Assembly (NCBI RefSeq): GCF_964194025.1
Contig: NC_134470.1
Span: 79,732,001-79,796,000, forward strand
Length of the DNA: 64,000 bases
Direction: 5' to 3'
Source: Convolutriloba macropyga
Taxonomy: Eukaryota
Under the pieces are notes generated by a model, which searched no databases, had not been told where the DNA came from, and saw only the letters and a list, made by a program, of their open reading frames with translations. Each line of letters opens with the position of its first letter. Positions within the stretch are counted from its first letter, which is position 1. This document shows, piece after piece, positions 23,601-35,600 of this stretch. The translations under genes were made by a program, and so were the position numbers.

Positions 23601-26600
23601 CTTCTCAAATTTTGTAGCACTGGTTTTGATCCTCAGTTATGTTCGCTAGATTTAGTGATTTCTAGAAACTGCGATAATGATTACAAAGATTTGCAATTTT
23701 TTTGCATTTTTTGTTTACTCAACATATGCGTTTTCCGTAAGCTAGTTTTAATGATTTTTTGTTACCGATAAAAAATTTCTCCGAGTAAACTATTGTGAAT
23801 AAAGAAATCACGTGCATGCTTTTATTTTAAAATTTTACGTTTGCGGCTCACAAATTTGTAAAGAGTTATTTTGTATAAATTAATCAACTAAAAGGGAAAG
23901 TATACTATTAGATCACTTCTAATTACCTTTACTAGTGCCTTTCTGAAGGAAGTTTCCGTGTTACTATTAAAAAATGTTTCTAATTGCGTTTTGATGTTAG
24001 ATCTAGCTGCCAGTTATCTAAAGAGACTACATCAGAAAATTGTGGTAAACAATTGCTGAATTTGGTCAATTTTATAGAACAATTTGATCATTTGACTTCG
24101 AGTTCTCTCTCAGCCAGTAAAGAAGTGAAGTGAATATTCTGAGTCTGTTAAAAAAATTTTATGTTGTGTTAGAATGATGGACTATTTTTACAGTCATTCC
24201 CAGATAGCCGTGTGCTTAATTTTTGGCGCCTCAGTTTTTTATCCGTTTCCCGAAAAAATGAAAAAATTTGACTTTTTTCAGTGTTGTGATTAAATTTATT
24301 TTGCTTTAGTGTTGAAATTTTTAACAGTTTTATAGCATAAGGAAAAGTTTACCGCAGTGTTATTTTAATAAAGGATTTAGTTAGTTCCTCGATCTAAAGA
24401 ATTTATATTACGTTTATCCACACAAGAAGTAGATATGAGATAGGAAGCGAACTTTGACCCGAGTCTTGATGTACACCGGATTCTATGCTGGAAATGCTAT
24501 CTGTTGTTTAAACAAATTCTATGCGAATTTTTTTGCGCCCAGAGTTTCCTCAACAGTTTTATCTGTCGTTTAACGAGAGACTTTCAAGGGGGTGATTTGT
24601 CAGTGGCATTTTTGTAAAGTTTTCCAACCAAACAAAGTTGCGTCTTAAGTGCTCTAAAACCCAACCGCAAGTTTTAGCAATTAAATTTAATGTGACATGG
24701 GTAATTTCGATAATATTTTTTCAGTTAATTCTTTGATTGTTTGTAAACAAAACTGGCCAATTCTTGTATAAATTCCTTTATCTCTTTCGTTTTGAAGTGA
24801 AAGAATTTTTGTGATTTTGAAGAAATTTATGTGGATAGATTATTTCTTAATGCAGTTAACCAGAGAGGTGCTCAGAACGTACATTTTCTCAGAATAGCAA
24901 TAATTGAGGTCAATAGTGACCCTATTGTTAATTAGCTGCCTGGTTTATTAAATCAAGAAGGAAATTGTTCTTTTTTCAGAGGTTTATAGCAGAACAGAGT
25001 TGTTGCTTCAAGTCATATTTGAATTGAAATAAATTTTTGTTCTATTCCTTTTATTTTGAAGTGCATTTTTTAAACACTATTGTGTCTCATTGTGATGGAA
25101 ACTAAAAGAAATTGTTGGCTGGTTTCTTAGCTTGTTTCAATTTTTTCTTGACGGAACGTACGGAAATTTATCTTGGCGTGACTTTAAGTTTTCCTGAATT
25201 ATTTGATGTAATGTAAACTGAGATTTTTTGATTTGTCTTGACGTTACGTGTCTCTAACTGTTAGTTTCATGAACATTTCAAGAATTTCAGTGCTTTATTT
25301 TTTACTTCATTGTTTTCGAAGTTTTTAATTTCTCTTGAACGAAGTTTTACGACTCGAAGAGGAGTATTGGTTTTCTTAAGGTTTTTTACCTGAAGTACTA
25401 TTCATTCAGACGATGTTTTGACCTAACAGTGAAAGTGAGTAAAATTGCCGTGTGAACTAATTTTTTCTGAGCGAGAGAAGTTTTTTGATCATGCGCCGCG
25501 TTTAGTGAATGACTTTTTGACTTTGAAAAGTAGTTTTTGACTGAATGGCACATATAGATAACCGTTTTTAACCGTTTTTTCGTCTAAGCGGCCCAATTTT
25601 TTTGCTTGTGATTTGGTTTTTGTGGAAATAATTTTTATTCGATGCTATATTGAAATTTCAACCTCGGAAATTGATACCACAGTGTTTTGCAGAGCCTGAA
25701 GATGCGTTTCAAGTTCAAAATTGGCACATAATTCTTGATTTTTTAGTTATTTTTTGGCTTTTTTTCTATTAATTTCTTCATTTTTGGATCTTTTAACCTT
25801 CTTTTTGTCAAAAATCTGTTAATACGGCAACTTCCTTTTGATAATTCATAGACTCAACGCCTCTTTCTACCTCGATGTAATTTTGTTTTATAAAATTGTT
25901 CTTATGAGAATCCGGTTTTGGTAGATTTTTTTCTGTTTTTCAGTTTTTTGTTTGTATTTTGGTTTTAATGACTAGAAATAGTCTGTTTGTGCAACGTGAT
26001 GGACTTTAATTTTGTTTAAATAAAAGTTCAATAATTTTTTGGCGTTAAGTTTTTGAAAAATAGTTAAAACTTTTTCACAAATGCAGTCTTAAAAGTTTTT
26101 TTGACCATTTTTTTGCAAAATGTTCCGATGTTTCGTATTTTCTCTTTTTTCCATTTTTGAGTTCTCTGCAAGAGGCTAGATCTTCGTATCGGATGGCTCG
26201 TTATGTTTTCTCTGTCTCAAATGCTTAATAATGAAATGTGTTCGTTTTTCTTGATTTTTTTAAATGTGATTTTTAACTTTCAAAAATCAAGATTGTCATC
26301 ACGGTGTTCCTTAAATTGTGTCCTTATTTCCCACATTCTAGTTAATATCATTCTAGCTTTGGCTGGCACCTGCATTTATTTTCGGTATATTGATTTTGTC
26401 AGTTGTTAAAAAATCGAATGATTTCAGCTTTTTCTTAGATTTTCGTCATTTCTCTGGTTTGCAATTAATTTCATTCAACATAAGGCAGTACTGAGAGTCT
26501 GCTAGCAAGACTTTTCCAAAACATCCACTTATTAATGGTTACTGCAACTTTTTTCCGGCCTTGAATTTAATTAAACGATTATTTGCCTTTGAATATTCCT

Positions 26601-29600
26601 CTGCTGCTTATGTCTTTTCTATGATCAATTTAATTTTTGAATTAGTATGAAACCATGTTGTCTAGCGTATGTATAAGGAAGAAGTATATTTTTTTCTAAT
26701 AATTGCAGTGATTAGAATTGTAATTGTAGTGGTTTTCTGATTCTTAACTTTGAGAATTCTTTTTTGAAAAGATTTAACTTAGTTTCTAAGATTATTATCT
26801 GCCGTTTGCTTTCGCGATCTTTGAGATTAGAATCATGAATTAATTATTAGAGGACAATTGATAGCCCTCTCAGCTTTTTCAGCCTATCAGTATTTTGACC
26901 ATGTTAATTGTTTTGGACTTTTTTAACGTTACCAAACGTTTTCAATAATATAAAAATTTGCTGCAATTTGTTTCTCTTGGTGACAGTGGCTTAAGTCACC
27001 AAATTTTAGATCAGACCTAGGGAGGTAATGAGTTAATGGTTTAATACAAATGGTAATTGCTTCTGCTGCATTTACGGTTTTGTTTGTGAAGTTCTGACGC
27101 TTCGAGTCGCTTCCGGAATTCTTCCGGCTATATTTTTACAATTCAAAGAATTTGAATTGTATCGGGGCGCTGTCTTTTTATCTGTTCATACATTTTCATT
27201 CATGATTTTTGAAGTCAAATTGGAGTATTTATTTTGGTCACGCAGAAACAGGAAATGGAGCTGAAAAGCGAGTGGTTTTGCGGCGTAAAACTTTTTCGCT
27301 CTAATTTTGAAGTAGTGAGAAAACGGTGTTTCAATTGTTTTTTGTTCACATGAGGCAATTTCACTTTGATGTTTACTGTTTTTTCCTATTTTTTTAAATC
27401 TGATTTTTTCCCGAAATGTCTTTCCCAATTCACTCATAATCCGTTCTAGGTCTAGATTTTTGTTAAGTCAATGAAAATTCTTTGAATTGTACGTCAGGAC
27501 TTGTCCTGCTATGTTTATTGAAATTGTTTGCTTGACATTTTTGCACTTTTCTTCTAGAACATTCTTTGACTTCTCAAGTGACCTTTTCACGCTTTTGTTC
27601 TTTAGTTTTGAGTGATCTCTATTGTTCTCACTCCGAAGTAAAGCTTGTTCCTAAAATAAAAACGATTGCAGCATAGCAACAAGCAGGGGCTGATAGCCGA
27701 GTCGGCAGTGCTTCTGTGGAGGGATCGGGAGGTACATGGTTTGTATCCCGGCGTAGTCAACTGTTTTTGCACCCATAAAGAAAAATTGATCTAGGCTACA
27801 GCCCTTCAATTAAATTGCCTCGCCTGTTGTTCAAGAGCAATTCTTCCGACATTAGTTGCTTTATATTTCCTTTTACATTAGTTGCTTTATCTTTTTTTGC
27901 AAAGTTCTTCTTGGCTGCTAAATTAATTTTAATTGAATTCCTAATTAAAAAATATGTTTTTCAGATCTTTCCTACAAGTTTTCTGATAATATACTAGAGG
28001 AAAAGTTGTGATTCCACTTAAGTTGAACAACAGACTCGTAATTTTACATACCGTTATGTCTTGGAACTTTTGGAACTTTTCAGGCCTGAAGAGTTGTAAG
28101 TTTGTATCAATGGGGTTCCTTCGACTCATTTGAGGAGATTGCTGCCCAACTATTCCTCTTTCCTTTTGGTTATTCACTGTTTCGAAGACAGGATTTTCAA
28201 TGTACGCATTGTTGGGCCTGGAAACCTTGAACAGAATTCTGCATAAAATTATAAGCTCGTTTTTACTAATCAAGTTCTTTAAATAACTAAATTAATATTT
28301 AAATTTTACATAATTATAGATGGTTAACTGTACATTACCTCTACTATTTGCATTTTATTCTTAGATGTAATAGCAGAATTTAAAATGTTGTTTTTTTTAA
28401 AAAAATATTGTTCTATGCATGTATTGGGGTACTAATGTAGAAGAGGCAAAAATTTTGTACAAAGATTTGTTGCTTAGGAGTTCATCAGGTAATGTTGAAA
28501 CTCAAATTTCGCGAAATTGACCAAAGTTAACGGCAATTAACCTAAATTGAATTATTTGAAGCCGTAGTCAACTTTATTTGTCATTAGAACTGAATGCCCA
28601 CCGGACCGAAAGATGAAAATTTAATTTTAAAGTGAAGATTTGAGTTACCTTTTGTGTATCTTTTACTCTTGTCAGTCGAGTATATTCGTGAGCTATAATT
28701 CGACAGAATACAACTGTTATGAAACGACGTCGGTCAACCTCTGGTCCGTAGAACATAGGGAGTACTGGGTTTAGTGGATCCATATTAATTGTCTGGATTC
28801 CGTCAATTTCAAGAATTTGGTCTCCGGGCTCCAGCGGGTAGGCGCTTGCGACAGCCAGAGCTTTTCCAAACGAAGAGTTATTACGGATTTGAGGAACCTC
28901 GTCAATGCTGAAGCATAAAGGACTAAATTAATAGGGTGGGTGTCTTTTTTGGAATGGTGGGGGGGGGGGGGGGGGGTTAAGCAGGTGGAGCTACTGTGAA
29001 AATGAATCACTGCTGGATTCGAGCCAGCATCTCTTACTTGCAACCCTAAAGTGTTAACCATGACACCCACTGGTCTTAAGCTCTCGAACTTGGGCATCTC
29101 ATATGACCCATGCTTATGTTCTTCTTGTTCCTCAAGGCTTCTTCTCTAACCAAGTATACGTTGAACAAGTAGAGCTTCTTTTAAAGCTATGTCAAGCTTA
29201 TCTTTTGCACAATTTACATTAGCTTGTTCTCTCTCAGCCTTGTACGTGATCAGCCTGAAGAAAGTGAAGTCGTCAATCTGTTCATTAAAGTATTTGTTGC
29301 TGACGTCGTTAAACATAGCTTGGATAATGTAGAGGCTAAGATTCCGGTTGTTACGTACAAGTATTTGGTATCTCCATTCGGCAGTCTGAGCTCTTTGACC
29401 ATTGACAAGAAGTGCTCAATGGAAACCTGGCAATGTTCCACGGTGTAACTGCTTCCCATTCGCTCCTGGTATAACTCCTTTCTGTTTTCCACACTTTCCT
29501 GTTCTGGCACACTGGAGTTGCTCTCAAGCGGAAGCATCTCAACCTCTCTGAGGAATGTCAAGTGAACCTCGTTTGAGTTCTGCTTGAGTAGCTTCAGAGA

Positions 29601-32600
29601 GTCCTCCTTGGTCAGATGGCTGATTGATTGCCCATTTACACCTACTATCTGGTCCATAGGCTGGATCATTCCACATTTGTCCGCTGGTGATCCCGGAACG
29701 ACATCTTTGATGAAAAGCCGCTCGTCTTTGAAGTCTTTACTTCCCGGAAGGGAACGAATGTTGATTCCTGCAACAGAAATAATTTGTATCTTTTCCGTTT
29801 CTGCTCCCAGCTTAGTGGGTGCATATTATTTGCACCCCCAACAGAACGTGCTATATTTTTACATATTGATTTACTATGTAATGACACGTGTTCTGTAACG
29901 AGGGGGATTTGGGGGACACAGACAGAAAAGATCCCTATTTTGACATCTATCAAAACATAAATCAGAAGATATGGTACGTGCGTCTGGGGGTGGGGGCTGC
30001 AAATAATTTGCACCCACTAAGACAAAGCGCGCGGGGGGATCCGAATGGTCATGATGTGATATGTGAAATCTTATGATCGTTGTATGACAACAAGAAACTC
30101 GAGTGGAGTTGTTCAAATTTGCTCACCAAGAGATCCGAATATCTTGGTCAGAGTGACATGGTAGAAATGGTTGAGATTTTTGTCGAATCTGATTGGGAAA
30201 TCGAATCTCTGGTATCGCACTATTGTCAGCTCTGTCATCGTTCCACATGCCTTGAGAATTCCCACAACTTCATTTGAGTTGAGACCTCCGATTGGCATGT
30301 TGTTTATACATTGGACTATATCTCCTTTTTTCAGTCGCCCATCTTTCGAAGCCACACCATTTTCCACCAGTTTTTCAACCACCTAAATATCCGATAAGAA
30401 ATTTCGAATGGCATTTTGGCTTCTATGTTTACTACTTAGGCTATATGAGTTACTCTGGATCTATTGTCTCCCCCCGTGTTTTTTACGCCCCCCCCCCCCA
30501 GTTAAAAATTATATGTTGTTATGTAGCACGTTACTATGTAAAAAAAATAGCACGTGCGCCTGGGGGGGGGGGGGGTAAAATATGAGCCCGAGAAAAACAA
30601 TTAAATTAAGATAAACTAATTTTGATTTAAAAGATGGTAATTTTTAATTAAACAGATTAAAATAGTTAAGCTGCAGTTTAAATCGGACTAATCACTGGAA
30701 TACTTATTTACGAGATAGAAAATTTATTATTAAGTTTTTTATTTCGATTGGATTGTATGCTAGAGTATAACAAAACATGACATTCCTGCTTGCGGCTGAA
30801 ATAATGGTTAAATGACTCTGCTTGAAGTCAGCGAGAACTTCTGGCGTATATCGAGAAACGCGAAGTGTTTCGAGATATTAAGTCAGAATTTCGAAGTGAC
30901 TTATGCTGAGTCACTTAACCATGCTTAAAACAAGAAACGCGCACGGTTTAAAATGGCGAAAGTCAATCGAAGTCAACTTCTGGCTAAGTAGCAACATTTG
31001 GCTTTTTAACTTCTGGCACTGCAGACTTTCGGCATTTTAAAATGTGCACGTGAGTGTTTTAATTTTAGAGAAACAATTTTTTTCAGAAAGGCTAATTCGA
31101 GATGAGCTGTGCCTTTGTGAAAGCGAATGTTAAAAGACTCACTTGCACATTCTAAAAAGTCGAAAGACCGCAGCGCCAGAAGTTAAAATGCCAGAAGTTG
31201 CTACTTAGCCAGAAGTTGACTTCGATTGACTTTCGCCATTTTAAAAGGTGCGCGTTTCGTGTTTTAAGCATGGTTAAGTGACTCTGCAGAAGTCACTTCG
31301 AAATTCTGACTTAGGATCTCAAACTGCTTCGCGGTTCTCGATAAACGCCAGAAGTTCTCAGTGACTTCAAACAGAGTCTCGTAACCTATACTTCTGAGAT
31401 AAACATGATAATTACTTACCGTCAACCTTTGGAAACTGACGATAGCGAATCCGAAGCTGCCTCCCACCTCTCTCATTTCCAGGTTCACCACCAACTTCTG
31501 TTCTTGAAACCGCAGAACTGACTTGTGCAAATTGGAGTCGTTGAGCAGATTCTGCTCGAACACAAACTCCACCGAGTCATTCCGTCCCGACAACCGATTA
31601 GTTAGGGCCTGTTACAAAATTTAGCACAGTAAAGACCTTTTTGTTGGAAGGACCAGATAGCAAGCGTATGTAAATTGTGCAAAAGATAATCTGGACATAA
31701 CTTGACAAGAAACTGTACTTGTTCAACGTATACTTGGCTAGAGAAATGAAACCTTGAGGAACAAGAAAGAACGTGAGAACGGGTTATAAGAGATGCCCAA
31801 GTTCGAGAGCTTAAGACCAAATGGTGTTATGGTTAGCACACTATGCTTGCAAGTAAGAGATGCTGGTTCGAATCCAGTTCTGGTCCATTTTCACAGTAGT
31901 TGCGGCTACTTAGACGGCCCCCTAGCACTTTGAAGTATTATGTTTATGAATACTAAGTTCATGAAAAGAACAGTCTGAAATATGGGGAATAACAAGACAC
32001 AGGCTGCTGTGGCCTAATGCTGTTCCGCTGCGATTATGCAGAAAACACTATTATTTTTATGAAGTTTCGATCAGTAAATTTCATTGTCTTTTAATTGAGT
32101 GAAGTAATTATATTATGGGCAAAATTTTATTACCAGGAATTCTTGTTCAGTTTAAAGCAGAATTGACAGCGTTTTTAGAGTCAATTTTAATACTATTCGA
32201 TTTGTAAAGAATTTTTGATCAAACAACCGAAATTGTAACGTCTTCTAATCCTCATTAGCAACCGGAGTCTGTTTGAAACTACCTAATAGGGTGAGTGAAT
32301 TGATGAAGTTACGTAATAGGGCCGACCTTGAAGTGTTTTGGGGTTTGGATGACGTGGTTGTTGATTAGAATGAGTTCGTCTCCTGGTCTGATCAACATCC
32401 TCAAATGTGCCTCTTTTCTATCCACATTGGCCGCTTCTACATTGTCCACCACCAGTTTACACACCTGTAATGAAAACATTAAACAGAGGTCACTATTGGG
32501 ATCGGCGGATGTGATTAAAACACTCACGTGCACATTTTAAAATGCCGAAAGTCTGCAGTGCCAGAAGTTAAAATGCCAGAAGTCGCTACTCAGCCAGAAG

Positions 32601-35600
32601 TTGAATTTCGTCATTTTAAAAAGTGCGCGTTTCGTGTTTTAAGCATGGTTACGTGACTCTGCAGAAATCACTTCGAAATTCTGACTTAATATCTCGAACC
32701 GCTTTGCGGTTCTCGGTAAACGCCAGAAGTTCTCAGTGACTTCAAACACAGTCACGTAACCATTACTTAAAATGGAGGAGTAATAGTTCCTTTGCATGTG
32801 ATCACCGTTTTCCCTTTCGTTTTTTTAAAGTCATCAAACTAATCTAACCAATAAAGTAATTTTTCCTCGATTATTAAGTCCGTTGCCAAAAAAATCTGCA
32901 TCGTTGTCCTGATAAATTTTTTTATCTATTGCAGAAGGAAATTTAGAAACTTAAGATATGGTAAATTTCAAAAATGAAAAATAATGAGTTTGGTTCATAA
33001 CTGGAAATAGTTTATTCTCACTTGTTCATGCCTGGGGATTGATACTTCATTGGGGTCGTTGCTCAATTCCACCCCTCCTACGCTGAAGCCCCACGAAGAT
33101 CCAGGTCTAGCTGGAAAGTGAACCCTAAAGAATGGAGAGTTTATTTGGTTAGAATGGTTAGTTTATTTCTGCTAATAAATGTGAAATATGTAGTAGAATA
33201 GAACGAGAGGTATTAGCATTGGGTGTATTTGGTACAGGGAGTGCGCCAATCTATCAAATGAACAATTTTTTCACGAGTGTGTGCGGGAGAGAACAGAGTA
33301 TTTTTTGATAAATTTGATGGATCAGATATATAGCACTGAATATTTGTATGCTCTTATTTCACATTCACCATTTGAAAAATGCTTTTTAATAGCCGCACAG
33401 CGATAGCTGGGGCTATTATTGGCCTTCTCTTGGTTTTTTTACGACTCGAAGAGGAGTATTGGTTTTCTTAAGGTTTTTTTTTTACCGGAAGTACTATTCG
33501 TTCAGACGATGTTTTGACCTAAAAGCGAAAGCGAGTAAAATTGCAGTGTGAACTAATTTTTTCTGAGCGAGAGAAGTTTTTTTATCATGCGCCGCGTTTA
33601 GTGAATGACTTTTTGACTTTGAAAAGTAGTTTTTGACTGAATGGCACATATAGATAACCGTTTTTAGCCGTTTTTTCGTCTAAGTGGCCTAGTTTTTTTG
33701 CTTGTAATTTGGTTTTTTGTAGAAATAATTTTTAATCGATGCTATGTTGAAATGTAAACTCCGGAAATTGATAGCACAGTATTTTGCATAGCCTGAAATT
33801 GCGTTTCAAATGCGAAATTGGCACATATTTCTTGATTTTTTAGTTAATTTTTGGCTTTTTTTTCTATTAATTACTTCATTTTTGGATCTTTTAGCTGTTT
33901 TTTTGTCAAAAATCAGTTAATATGGAAACTTCCCTTTGATAATTCATATACTCAATGCCTCTTTCTACCTCGATGTAATTTTGTTTCATAAAATTGTACA
34001 TTTGCTAATCCGATTTTCGTAGTTTTTTTGCCAATTTTTTTCAGCTTTTTGTTTGTATTTTGCTTTTAATCACTAGAAATAGTATTTTGGGGAACATGAG
34101 GGACTTTAATTTTGTTTCAATAAAAATTCAATCATTTTTTGGTGTTAAGTTTTTGAAAAAACAGATAAATTTTTTTCACAAATGCAGTCTTAAATATTTT
34201 TTGACCACTTTTTTACAAAATGTTTCATTATTTCGTATGTCTGAATTCTTCTTTTCCTTGTTTTATTCTGTTCAGCAAGTTGGATTTTTGTCTCGAATGA
34301 CTCGTTGTCTTTTCTATGTCTCGAATGCTGATCAATGAAATGTGCTCGTTTTTCTTGATTTTTTTAAATTTGATTTTTAACTTTCAAAAATCAAGAATTG
34401 GTCTTTTTGTTACGGTGTTCTTAACATTGTGTCCATATTCTTCACATTCTCGTTTGTATCATTCTAGTTTTGTCCTGGCAGCTACTTTTGTATTCGTTAT
34501 ATTGATTTTTTCAGTTGTTAAAAAATTGAATGAATTCAGCTTTTTCTTAGATCTTGGTTTCTTCGGTTTGCAATTGATTTAATTCAAAATAAGGCAGTAC
34601 TGGGAGTTTGCTAGAAAGTCTTTTCCAACATTTCGACTTAATACTATTCATTGCAATTGTCTTCCGGGCTTGGTATTGTTTTTAGACGACTGTTTGTCTT
34701 CGAAAATTATTCTGTTGCTTTTGTTTTTCTATGATTAATTTAATTTTTGAATTAGTATGAAATCATGTTGTCTTGCATATATACAACAAGGAAGAATCAT
34801 GTATTATTTTTGTCTTAATTGCCGTGATTAGAAATCTAATTGTAGTAGTTCTCTGATTTTTAAGTTTGAGCACTCTTTTTTGAATAATTTTGACTTTCCT
34901 GTCTTTTTTGAAAAGTTTTTATCTGCCGTTTGCTTTCGCGATCTTTTTGAGATTAGAATCATTAATTATCTGAGGACAATTGATGGCCTGTCAGCTTTGT
35001 CAGGCTATCTGTTTTTTGACCATCCTAAAAATTTCAGACTTTTTTAACGTTACCAAACGTTTTCAATAATAAAATTTTGCTGCATTTCCTTTCTCTTGGT
35101 GACAGTGGTTTAAGTTTCACCAATTTTTAGATCAGACCCGTGGAGGTAATGAGTTAATGGTTTAATACAAAAGGTAATGGCTTCAGCTTTTTGTGAAATT
35201 TTGGTGCTTCGAGTCGCTTCCGGAATTCTTCCGGCTATGTTTTTTATTTCGTCGTCATGATTTTTGTTACGACCATATGACGTCACAGCCACTGTTTGTT
35301 CATTCGTTCATGCAATTTCAACTGAATTGCATGTGTGACGTCATTTTTCGCTCTTAGTGGAGCGAGTTTTTTTGTTCATGTGCGTGATTAAATTTTTGAT
35401 CACACTTGACTTGCCTCACTCTCAAAATGACTTCCTCACTTTGAAATTGACTTTTATTTACTTCAATTCAAAGAGATAAGGTCAAATGGGTGTATGTCGC
35501 TCTAAATGAAGACTCTTTGAGAGCATCTAATAGAGGCAGCAAAAACTTATACAGATTTTGATCAAAATATAACATATCGGCCTTCAATGAAAAGACGAAA

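Noticed and set aside
31815-31887. Functional tRNA-Ala gene
   Set aside because: The anticodon stem is mispaired, and the sequence is part of a dispersed repeat with a diverged second copy.
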